Assembly (NCBI GenBank): GCA_033763905.1
Contig: JANRJP010000079.1
Coordinates: 1 to 50,215, forward strand
DNA from: Gemmatimonadaceae bacterium
Lineage (GTDB): Bacteria > Gemmatimonadota > Gemmatimonadetes > Gemmatimonadales > Gemmatimonadaceae
Direction of reading: 5' to 3'
DNA: 50,215 bases
Within the stretch, counting starts at the first letter, position 1. Every line of letters begins with the position of its first letter. The notes under the pieces are model-generated. The model had not been told where the DNA came from, searched no databases, and saw only the letters and a list, made by a program, of their open reading frames with translations. The translations under genes and the position numbers were made by a program. Below are positions 26,793-35,513 of the stretch, piece by piece.

Positions 26793-28741
26793 CGACCCGC
26801 CTCGCGCACCCTCGCCCCAAGCGCCAGCATCCGGCCGACCACCGCCGATCCGCGATACGACAGGTGCGTGGCGTCCAAGTACAAGGACCACCCATCACGC
26901 ATCGTGCGGCACTGCCGCGCGTCGCAGAGGACGTCCGTCGGTCGTACGATGGGTACACCGAGGCGCTGTGACACCGAGTCGAGCAATGCGCCGACCGTGG
27001 CGGAGGGCTCACGACGCTCGCGCAGTGGAATACTGCATTCGGTATTGGCCCCAAGCATCGGCAACCCCAGCACCCACCGCTCAGCACAGCGTGCGACGTC
27101 GACTCCGCTGCTCGGCATTGGACCAATCAGCACCACGTGCCGACCGGTGGCCCGAATCGCCGAGATCGTGCGTCGCAGCCCATCGAACGCCAACGAAACA
27201 CGCGGGCGCTCTTCGCGCCACGTACCGTCGGCATTCCGCGTGAGGACACGGCCTCGACCTGACACCAAGCGCGCGAACGGACTCGCAAGGATGACGGTGG
27301 TCACCGTCGGCATCTGCCGAAGACCGGACAAGACGGCATCGTTACTCGCCACGCACTCGAGCGCCCATTCCCGCGGCGCGCCCGCGAAGGGCAGTTCAGC
27401 AACCCCAAGGACGGGCGCACACGACGACTTGGTCGCCTGCACGAATGACACCGGATTCGCCGAATCCGCTCGCAGGGCTTCGGCCCACTGCATCGCGAAG
27501 GAGTCGCCCCACAGCAACACCGTCGGCGTATTCGACGTGGCACACGCAGCCTGCGGCGCCCACACCCACGGCGCATCACACGCTTGCGCGAGTCCCACGT
27601 TGCGCCGACGCTCGGTGGCGAAGTCGATCGCCGCATCAGGGACACGCGCGACCGCAAACCCGAGCGCCGCCACCGCCGCCGTGGCAACGCCGAAGCCGCC
27701 GAACACCCGCCACGTGACCGGCCACGGCGCGTAGTGCACCGGCCGCTCGACGAACCGATACAGCAGCTCGGTCAGTCCCAACGACAACATCAGCACACCG
27801 CCCAAGGCCAGCCGTTCGGGCGCTGTGTCGCGCGGGGCCATCCACAGGTTGTGAAACACCGCAAAGAGCGGCCAATGCACCAGATACAGCGAGTACGATC
27901 GGTCGCCGAGCCATCGGAGCGGTGCAACGCGCGCGAGCGCAGGGGACCCGACGAGCAGGAGCACCACAGTGGCAAGACCCGCGATCGCCGCCAGTGGCCC
28001 GGGATGCGGGGCCGGCAGCTGGTGCAGTGGGGCGGCGACCAGCACGAACAACGCGATCGTCGAGAGCACCCTCGCGGTGCGCCCGCGCAGCCGCTCACCG
28101 CGCGGCGACTCGACCACACGAGAGTGCCACGCGGCCGCCAGTGCACCGAGCAGTAGCTCCCACGCGCGGCTTGGCAAGCCGTAGAAGGCGTGCACGGATC
28201 CAGCCCGGTGCTGGCTCCACGCATAGCTCGCCATCACGCCGCACGCGAGCACCGCGGTGCGGAACCGACGAGGCAGCACGACCACGAGCGCGGGCAGCAG
28301 CAGATAGAACTGCTCTTCGATCGAGAGCGACCACAGGTGCAGCAACGGCTTGAGTTCGGCCTCGCCGTCGAAGTATCCCGATTGCCGCGCGAGCGCGACG
28401 TTGGCGGTAAAGGTGACACCGCCAAGGACCTGCCCGCGCAACCACTGCCGCTCGAGCGACGCGAGCACGAACGGCGCCGCGACGGCCACCCCGGTGCAGA
28501 CGACGTAGAGCGCGGGCAGCAGGCGTTTGGCACGCCGCAGGTAGAACTCGCTGAAACGGAATGTGCCGTGGTCTACCGCCTCGATGACCAGACGCGTCAT
28601 CAGATATCCGGAGATCACGAAGAAGACATCGACGCCGATGTAGCCCGCGCTGAAGAGCCGGAGCTTGGCGTGGAAGAGCACCACCGCGAGCACCGCGAAC
28701 CCGCGAAGGCTCTGGATGTCAGCGCGCAGCGTCGCCGTCAT
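26789..28741 (-). CDS. Acyltransferase-3 plus SGNH domain O-acyltransferase (OafA-like)
   Basis: RADIQSLRGFAV, GVDVFFVISGY, HLWSLSIEEQFY; SGNH GDSFA and DATH. Confidence 0.93.
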   Translation of the reverse strand: MTATLRADIQSLRGFAVLAVVLFHAKLRLFSAGYIGVDVFFVISGYLMTRLVIEAVDHGTFRFSEFYLRRAKRLLPALYVVCTGVAVAAPFVLASLERQWLRGQVLGGVTFTANVALARQSGYFDGEAELKPLLHLWSLSIEEQFYLLLPALVVVLPRRFRTAVLACGVMASYAWSQHRAGSVHAFYGLPSRAWELLLGALAAAWHSRVVESPRGERLRGRTARVLSTIALFVLVAAPLHQLPAPHPGPLAAIAGLATVVLLLVGSPALARVAPLRWLGDRSYSLYLVHWPLFAVFHNLWMAPRDTAPERLALGGVLMLSLGLTELLYRFVERPVHYAPWPVTWRVFGGFGVATAAVAALGFAVARVPDAAIDFATERRRNVGLAQACDAPWVWAPQAACATSNTPTVLLWGDSFAMQWAEALRADSANPVSFVQATKSSCAPVLGVAELPFAGAPREWALECVASNDAVLSGLRQMPTVTTVILASPFARLVSGRGRVLTRNADGTWREERPRVSLAFDGLRRTISAIRATGRHVVLIGPMPSSGVDVARCAERWVLGLPMLGANTECSIPLRERREPSATVGALLDSVSQRLGVPIVRPTDVLCDARQCRTMRDGWSLYLDATHLSYRGSAVVGRMLALGARVREAGR

Positions 28742-31062
28742 TCGGTGTGTTGCCCCGCGACGACGGCCTGTCCGAGGGCAAGCCCCCCATCGTTCGGCGG
28801 CACGCGATGATGCGTCAGCACCGTGAAGCCCGCCGCCTCCAGCCCGCGAGCCGCGAGCGTGAGCAACAGCACGTTCTGGAAGACCCCACCAGTCAGCCCC
28901 ACCACGGCCAGCCCTTCCCGCTCTCGCGTCTCGCGCGCGACAGCCACGATGGCATCAGCCAGGCTCTGATGCACCGCGCGTGCGATGTCCTCGATGCGTG
29001 TGCCAGCGCGCATATCGTCGAGCAGCGCGTGCCAGAATCCTGCGAGCGACAGAGCGCGGGATGTGCCCTCCGCGCCGGGCGGCGTCAGCGGCAACGCGTA
29101 GCGGCCATCGGTCGGCGCAGTGCCGTGCGCCGCGCACGCTTCGAACTCGATGGCGGCCTGTCCTTCGTAGTGCGCCGTCTGTCGAACGCCGACGAGTGCC
29201 GCACAGGCATCGAGCAGTCGGCCCGCCGACGTCGTCCAGACGCCACGATCTCCGCGCGCCAACTGCTGCGCCATCACGCGACGTGCTTCGTCGCTGTGCG
29301 CGCGCACCGGTGCGAGACTGTCGTCCCAGAGTTCTCCCGCGGCGTGCAAATGCGCGAGCGCCATTCGACTCGGCTGCCGCACGGCGGTATCGCCGCCGAG
29401 CAGCACGGCCGGTGCCAGATGTGCGACCCGTCGAAAGCTCCGGTAGTCGGCCACCAGAAACTCGCCGCCCCAGATCGTCCCATCGAGGCCGTACCCGGTT
29501 CCGTCGAATGCGACGCCGAGGATGCGTGCGTCAGGCGGAAGTTGATGCTCGGCCATCAATGCAGCGACGTGCGCGTGATGATGCTGCACGCGAACGAGCG
29601 GCAGGCCGCGCGCTTCCGCGTACCGCGTGGCCCACTGCGTACTGCGATACACCGGGCTGGCATCGGCAGCGACACGCGCGGGCGCAAACTCGAAGAGCCG
29701 CTCGAGGTGCGCCACCGTCCGCGTCAGCGCGCGTTCCGTCTCGAGATTCTCGACATCGCCGATATGCGGTGAGAGCACCGCGTGCGGCGCGCGCAGCAGA
29801 CACACCGTGGACTTGAGCTCGCCGCCCACCGCGAGCACTGGGGGTCCGGCGGTCGCGACCGTTACGGGATACGGGGCGTATCCTCGCGAGCGACGGATCG
29901 GCAGGTCCGCCCCCGAGGCCACGCGCATCACCGAGTCATCGGCCGGCGCGTGAATCGGCCGGTCGTGGGCCAGGATCCCATCGGCAATCGCCGCGAAGCG
30001 CGTCGTGGCATCCTCCACATCGAAGCAGATCGGCTCGTCCGCCAGGTTGCCCGACGTGCAGACCAGCGGGCCGAGGTCGGCCAGCAGGTGATGCAGCGGC
30101 GAGTAGGCCAGCATCACGCCGAGCACGCGCTGACCTGGCGCCACCGCGTCGGCGACCGCGGCGTCCAGACGTCGCTCGAGCAGCACGATTGGCCGCGGTG
30201 CCGACTGCAGCACGCGTGCTTCGTCCGCCGAGCAGTAGGCCAACCGCTCCGCCGCCTCGAGGTCCGCCACCATCACCGCGAGCGGTTTCGCCGGGCGTTG
30301 CTTGCGGTCGCGCAAACGTTGCACCGCATCGGCGTCGGCGGCGCGGCACATCAAGTGAAAGCCGCCGATGCCCAACACCGCCACGATGCCGCCAGTCGCA
30401 AGCACCGACCGGGCGTGCGACAACGCCGCATCGCCGCGCACAGCCCACTCGGGGCCATCTGCGGGGCGCCACCACGACAGCCCGGGACCACAGGCCGGAC
30501 AGGCATTGGGCTGCGCGTGAAACCGACGATTGGCGGGATCGGCATACTCCGCGGCGCAGGCGTCGCACATCGTGAAGCCTTGCATCGTCGTGCGATGCCG
30601 GTCGTACGGCAGCGCCGTGATGATGGTGTAGCGCGGCCCGCAGTTCGTGCAGTTAATGAATGGGTACCGATACCGCCGATCGGCGGGATCGCGCAGTTCG
30701 CGGAGACAGTCCGCGCAGGTCGCCGCGTCGGGCATCACGGGTGTGGGCGGCGCCTCGCCGCGTTCGCTCACGCGAATGGTGAATCCCGCCGCGCCGCGTA
30801 GCGGCACGTTGGCGGTTTCGATCGACTCGATGCGAGCCAACGGAGGCGCGTCGGCGCCAAGGCGCTGCTGAAACGCCAGCACGTCCAGCGCGGGCCCTTC
30901 GACTTCTATATGAACGCCACCGATGTCGTTGGCGACAAAGCCGTCGAGTCCGAGCTCCACCGCCAACCGCTGGACATACGGCCGAAACCCGACCCCCTGC
31001 ACCCCCCCGGACACGCGAAGCGCGGTGCGGCGGCGGTTCGGGGAGTTCGTCGGTTCGGGCAT
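28738..31062 (-). CDS. hypF: Carbamoyltransferase HypF
   Basis: VQGVGFRP acylphosphatase domain, CADC/CTNC/CDAC/CPAC Zn fingers, VQHHHAH, PPNDGGLALGQ. Confidence 0.97.
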   Translation of the reverse strand: MPEPTNSPNRRRTALRVSGGVQGVGFRPYVQRLAVELGLDGFVANDIGGVHIEVEGPALDVLAFQQRLGADAPPLARIESIETANVPLRGAAGFTIRVSERGEAPPTPVMPDAATCADCLRELRDPADRRYRYPFINCTNCGPRYTIITALPYDRHRTTMQGFTMCDACAAEYADPANRRFHAQPNACPACGPGLSWWRPADGPEWAVRGDAALSHARSVLATGGIVAVLGIGGFHLMCRAADADAVQRLRDRKQRPAKPLAVMVADLEAAERLAYCSADEARVLQSAPRPIVLLERRLDAAVADAVAPGQRVLGVMLAYSPLHHLLADLGPLVCTSGNLADEPICFDVEDATTRFAAIADGILAHDRPIHAPADDSVMRVASGADLPIRRSRGYAPYPVTVATAGPPVLAVGGELKSTVCLLRAPHAVLSPHIGDVENLETERALTRTVAHLERLFEFAPARVAADASPVYRSTQWATRYAEARGLPLVRVQHHHAHVAALMAEHQLPPDARILGVAFDGTGYGLDGTIWGGEFLVADYRSFRRVAHLAPAVLLGGDTAVRQPSRMALAHLHAAGELWDDSLAPVRAHSDEARRVMAQQLARGDRGVWTTSAGRLLDACAALVGVRQTAHYEGQAAIEFEACAAHGTAPTDGRYALPLTPPGAEGTSRALSLAGFWHALLDDMRAGTRIEDIARAVHQSLADAIVAVARETREREGLAVVGLTGGVFQNVLLLTLAARGLEAAGFTVLTHHRVPPNDGGLALGQAVVAGQHTE

Positions 31063-31088
31063 TGCAGAGGGCGCAGGGATCGTCGAGG

Positions 31089-31120
31089 GCGTGATATAGC
31101 AATTTCACGCTATAACACGC
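31089..31120. promoter_or_regulatory. 12-bp inverted repeat in the hypF/hucM divergent promoter
   Basis: GCGTGATATAGC-N8-GCTATAACACGC, 11/12 symmetric. Confidence 0.65.
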
Positions 31121-31187
31121 GGATGTACCGGAGCGTACCGTGTGGGCACACGCCCGAACACCCCGGCCCGCACGGAGACGAGCAACT

Positions 31188-31967
31188 ATGGCATTCGCGC
31201 TGACAGATGGGAACACCGAACGGCAGGAACAGCTGCTGGCCCGGTTGGCGGATCCCCAGACCGCCGAGTCGCTCAACCGCTTGCTCGACCGGATGGAAGT
31301 GATCGTGTTCGCGGCCGACGCGCTCGACGGCTTCCTGCGCCGTGCCGACATCATTGCGGACAATGTGTCCGACTCGGTCGGCGACCTGCGCACGCTGATG
31401 ACCGAGTCCGGGACGGGCGAACTGATGTCCAAACTGCCGCAGCTGGCAAAGGCAGGTGCGCAGGTGGCTGACCTGTCCGCCACCCCTGCGGTCCAACGGC
31501 TGCTGACGTCGGGCTTGATCGAGCAGTTGGGTGATCCCAAGACGCTCGACACCCTCCGCGCCCTGATCGCCAAGTTGGAAGTCGCGGCGTTCGCGCTGGA
31601 GTCGGTCGACGGTGTGCTGCGCCGCGGCGAGGAAATCGCCGAGGGCGTCGCCGAGGGGGTGAGCGACCTTCGGAAGGCGGGCGCCGACATCGATATGGCG
31701 CAGGTCCGCAAGACGCTGGCGTCGCTCCCAACGCTCGTGCAGGCCGGCAACGAACTGGTGGCGTCGGGGATTCTCGATCCGGCGGTGGTCAGTCAGCTCG
31801 CGGAAGTCGGCCACACGTTCGCGGCGGCCTATACCTCAGCGAAGGAAACGCATCCGCAGCAGTTGAGTACGCTGGGCCTGGCGATGAAGCTTCGCGATCC
31901 GGACGTGAACCGCGCCCTCAACTTCGCGTTGCGGCTCGCCAAGGCCTTCGGGCAGAACCTCAAGTAG
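31188..31967 (+). CDS. hucM: HucM-like (DUF1641) hydrogenase membrane-stalk subunit with internal duplication
   Basis: GGAG before ATG 31188; RLADPQTAESLNRLLD...LDGFLRRAD.IA and C-terminal LRDPDVNRALNFALRLAKAFG resemble mycobacterial HucM as recalled; first gene of the hydrogenase operon. Confidence 0.75.
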   Translation: MAFALTDGNTERQEQLLARLADPQTAESLNRLLDRMEVIVFAADALDGFLRRADIIADNVSDSVGDLRTLMTESGTGELMSKLPQLAKAGAQVADLSATPAVQRLLTSGLIEQLGDPKTLDTLRALIAKLEVAAFALESVDGVLRRGEEIAEGVAEGVSDLRKAGADIDMAQVRKTLASLPTLVQAGNELVASGILDPAVVSQLAEVGHTFAAAYTSAKETHPQQLSTLGLAMKLRDPDVNRALNFALRLAKAFGQNLK

Positions 31968-31973
31968 CCTCGG

Positions 31974-32321
31974 ATGCACGAACTCGGCCTCGCTCGCGGG
32001 ATCGTCGATCTCGCGACCGCCGCCGCATCCGACGCTGGGGCACGTCGCGTGGTGGGCGTGCGGGTCGCCGTTGGGCGGCTGGCAGGGGTCGAGGCCGGCG
32101 CGCTGCTCTTTTCCTTTGATATAGCGGCCGCCGGGACGCTGGCCGAAGGCGCCACGCTCGAGATCACCGACGTCCCAGTGGCGATTTGGTGCGCACCGTG
32201 CAATGCTGAACGGGAGTTGCCCGGCGTGACCCGGTTCCGGTGTCCGACGTGCGACACGCCGAGCGGCGTCATCCGACGCGGCAAGGAGCTCGAAGTCTCG
32301 TCGATCGAGGTAGAGAGTTGA
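31974..32321 (+). CDS. hypA: Nickel metallochaperone HypA
   Basis: MHELGLA, CAPC...CPTC, GKELEV. Confidence 0.96.
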   Translation: MHELGLARGIVDLATAAASDAGARRVVGVRVAVGRLAGVEAGALLFSFDIAAAGTLAEGATLEITDVPVAIWCAPCNAERELPGVTRFRCPTCDTPSGVIRRGKELEVSSIEVES

Positions 32322-33001
32322 GCACGCGAATCGTTGAAGTCCGCGCCGGGATCCTGAAGAAGAACGACACCTTGGCCGCCGAACTGCGGGAGCGTTTTGT
32401 TGCCGCAGGGGTGCACGTGGTCAATCTGGTGTCGAGCCCAGGGACCGGCAAAACCGCGCTGCTGGAGCGCACGATGCGCGAGTTGATCGCGCGCGGGCAT
32501 CGTGTCGCCGCACTGGTCGGCGATCTCGAAACCGACAACGATGCGCAACGACTACAACGGAGCGGCGCCACGGTCGTGCAGATCAACACCCACGGGAGAT
32601 GTCACCTCGACGCCGAGATGATCGCGGCGTTCGTCGAGCCTTGGGACCTCTCGGCGCTCGACTTCCTCTTCATCGAGAACGTCGGCAATCTCGTCTGTCC
32701 GTCGAGCTACGATTTGGGCGAAGCCACCCGCGTGGTGCTGCTGTCGGTGACAGAAGGCGAGGACAAGCCGCTCAAGTACCCGACGATCTTCAATTCTGCG
32801 GACGTCGCGGTGATCACCAAGCTTGACCTCGCGGCGCCCTGCGACTTCGATTCCGCCGCGGCTCGCGCATCCATCGCGGCGGTGCGTCCGGGGATGCAGG
32901 TGCTGGAGCTGTCATCGAAGAGCGGTGTCGGGATGGCCGACTGGCTCGCCGCACTCGAGGCTGGACGACTCGCCGGACGACACGTCCACGCCTCCGCGTG
33001 A
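32318..33001 (+). CDS. hypB: Nickel-insertion GTPase HypB
   Basis: TTG overlapping hypA stop; SSPGTGKT, CHLDA, ENVGNLVCP, EGEDKPLKYP, TKLD. Confidence 0.96.
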   Translation: MSTRIVEVRAGILKKNDTLAAELRERFVAAGVHVVNLVSSPGTGKTALLERTMRELIARGHRVAALVGDLETDNDAQRLQRSGATVVQINTHGRCHLDAEMIAAFVEPWDLSALDFLFIENVGNLVCPSSYDLGEATRVVLLSVTEGEDKPLKYPTIFNSADVAVITKLDLAAPCDFDSAAARASIAAVRPGMQVLELSSKSGVGMADWLAALEAGRLAGRHVHASA

Positions 33002-34737
33002 GTGTGATTCCGGCCGGAGCGCCGACGCGGTTATCGCTGTCGGTTTCGGCCGAGCCCGATCCGGTCGCGTCAGTTGCGGCGATCGAGGCGCTGTACGAGT
33101 GCGCCCGAGCCGCCGTGCACGAGCCCGATCCGGTCGCCTTGGCGAGCGCGCTCGCTGGCGCCTTGGCCCGGGTGTTTCACGCCGACGACGTGCTCGTGGG
33201 CGGCGTCGTGGATGGGGCACTGACCAGTCTGGCGCGGTGCACGGCAGGGCAGCTGGTGCCGGCCAGAGCCGCGCACGCGTCGCTGGCGGCCGACGAGATC
33301 GCGTTCATCGACTGGGCCCTGGTCCGGCGACAGTCGTTGTCGGTGCGCGGCGGGGCGGCCTTGCCAACGGGAGCGCCCGTGCCGCCGTGGAGCGATGTGC
33401 TGGTGGCACCCGCCCTGCACCACCAGGGCCAGCCGGTGGCGATTCTGTTGGTCGCCCGCCGTCGGCGCCCGACGCGGTTCGCGTCGCAGGACCTGCGCGT
33501 GCTCGAGACCGTCGCGCAGCAGGCCGCCGTGGCCTTCGACCGCGCGCACCTGCTGGTGCAGCTCCACAGCTGGGCGCGCGGCTTGGAGGCACTCTTCAAG
33601 TTCAGCGCGGCCGTCAGCACCGAACGCGATCCGGCCCGTCTGGTCCGTGATATGGCCGAACACGCCGCGCGACTGCTCAAGGCCGATGGCGGACACGGCG
33701 GCTTGGCCGTGGCTGCTGACGCCGATGAGCCCGTGCAGATGGTCTCGACAGCCTATTGGTGTGATGGCGAGTGGCGCGAGCAGCCGCGCGTCTGGGCTCG
33801 CGGCTCCGGCATTCCGGGGCTCGTCCTCGACACCGAGTTCCCGTACCTCTCCAACGACTACGCGCAGGACGGACAGCGAGAGCAGAGCCCCGCGCTCCCC
33901 GACGTCGCGTTTGCCGTGGCTGTTCCGATCAAGAACTCGACCGACGAAGTCCTCGGCTTCTTCGAACTCCATCGACGGCCCGGCAACGGCGCCTTCAGTT
34001 GGCAGGACGCCGCGTTCCTCGAATCGGTCGCCAATATGACCGCCGTTGCGATCGAAAACGCGCGCTTGGGCACGGCGCTCCACGCCAAGAATCAGGAAGT
34101 GCGTGCGCTGTCGGCACGCCACGTCTCGCGCCTCGAAGAGGAGCGGCAACACATCGCACGCGAATTGCACGACGAAGCGGGCCAGGCACTGGTCGGCGTC
34201 AAGCTGTCGCTGCAGGCGATGAGTCGGCTGATGCCGCGCGGCGAGTCGGCGCTGCAGGAGCAGTTGGACCATTTGCGCGCCCAGGTGAACGACGCGGCCA
34301 CTCGGCTCAAAGTGCTCGCGCGACGACTGCGTCCGCCCACGCTGGACCGCCTCGGGCTCGACAAGGCCCTGCAGCAACTGGCGCACGAGAGCGAGGAGCA
34401 TTTCGGCTTCGCCGTCCGACTCAGCGTGCCGGCGTTTGGCACGCGCTTGCCCGCCGAGCTCGAGACGGCGCTCTTCCGCATTTCGCAGGAAGCGCTCACC
34501 AACGTCGCGGCACACGCAGAAGCCGGTGCGGTCGAGATTCGACTCGAGATATCCGGCACCGAGCGTCTGCGGCTGACGATCGCCGATGATGGCGTCGGCT
34601 TTGATCCCGCGTCGCGATCGTCCGGCTTGGGGCTGCTCGGGATGCGGGAACGCGTCGGTATGCTGGGCGGCGCGTTTGCCTTGCGGTCGGTGATTGGCGA
34701 AGGCACGACGATTACGGTCGAGGTGCCGTTCGGGTGA
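32998..34737 (+). CDS. Soluble GAF-GAF-HisKA_3 sensor histidine kinase
   Basis: Two GAF-type regions ending AAVAFDRAHL and TAVAIENARL; EEERQHIARELHDEAGQ; QEALTNVAAH, DDGVGF, GLGLLGMRER; no obvious TM. Confidence 0.92.
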   Translation: MSVIPAGAPTRLSLSVSAEPDPVASVAAIEALYECARAAVHEPDPVALASALAGALARVFHADDVLVGGVVDGALTSLARCTAGQLVPARAAHASLAADEIAFIDWALVRRQSLSVRGGAALPTGAPVPPWSDVLVAPALHHQGQPVAILLVARRRRPTRFASQDLRVLETVAQQAAVAFDRAHLLVQLHSWARGLEALFKFSAAVSTERDPARLVRDMAEHAARLLKADGGHGGLAVAADADEPVQMVSTAYWCDGEWREQPRVWARGSGIPGLVLDTEFPYLSNDYAQDGQREQSPALPDVAFAVAVPIKNSTDEVLGFFELHRRPGNGAFSWQDAAFLESVANMTAVAIENARLGTALHAKNQEVRALSARHVSRLEEERQHIARELHDEAGQALVGVKLSLQAMSRLMPRGESALQEQLDHLRAQVNDAATRLKVLARRLRPPTLDRLGLDKALQQLAHESEEHFGFAVRLSVPAFGTRLPAELETALFRISQEALTNVAAHAEAGAVEIRLEISGTERLRLTIADDGVGFDPASRSSGLGLLGMRERVGMLGGAFALRSVIGEGTTITVEVPFG

Positions 34738-35387
34738 CCGAACCGCGCACGATTTTGCTGGTGGATGATCACGCGCTCGTCCGACGGGGCCTAGCGGCCT
34801 TGCTGGCGAGTGACGGCCGCTACCGCGTGGTCGCGGAAGCCAGCAACGGTGAGGTCGCGCTCGAGCTCGTGGCGCAGCATCAGCCCGCACTGGTACTGCT
34901 CGACCTGTCGATGCCCAAGATGGACGGGTTGGCCACCCTGCGTCGGCTGCGCAAACTGCCCGACCGACCACGTATTCTCGTGCTGTCGATGTACGACGAC
35001 GATCAATTCGTCGCGCAGGCGACGAGCGACGGCGCCGACGGCTATCTGCTGAAGGACGCGATGGACGACGAGTTGTTCGTCGCGATCGACACGGTGCTGT
35101 CGGGCGGCCGGTACCTGGCATCGGCGATCGATCCGACGCGCCTCGACGCATCGGGGGCGGCCGCGGGGTTGCTGACGACTCGGGAACGCGAGGTGCTGCA
35201 GCTCATTGCCGATGGCCTGACGACCTCCGAGACGGCCGATCGGCTGGTGATCTCGCCGCACACCGCCACTCGGCACCGCGCCAACCTGATGCGCAAGCTG
35301 GGCGTGCACAATCAGGCGGAGCTGGTCCGGGCCGCGATGGTGCGCGGCCTGATCAGCCTGCGTGCGCCGAGCACCGAGCGCGAATAG
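34734..35387 (+). CDS. NarL/LuxR-family response regulator
   Basis: ILLVDDHALVR, LDLSMP, GYLLK, LTTREREVLQLIADG. Confidence 0.95.
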   Translation: MTEPRTILLVDDHALVRRGLAALLASDGRYRVVAEASNGEVALELVAQHQPALVLLDLSMPKMDGLATLRRLRKLPDRPRILVLSMYDDDQFVAQATSDGADGYLLKDAMDDELFVAIDTVLSGGRYLASAIDPTRLDASGAAAGLLTTREREVLQLIADGLTTSETADRLVISPHTATRHRANLMRKLGVHNQAELVRAAMVRGLISLRAPSTERE

Positions 35388-35513
35388 GTCCGCGCGGTCC
35401 AAGCCGCGGATCGCTTCGGGTGGCCTGAACTTGCTATTGCTGGTCGATGTACCCGTCTCGATTATCTCGCCCACGATGTACTGACTCACCTCGCAGGCTC
35501 GAGAGAGGGTGCA

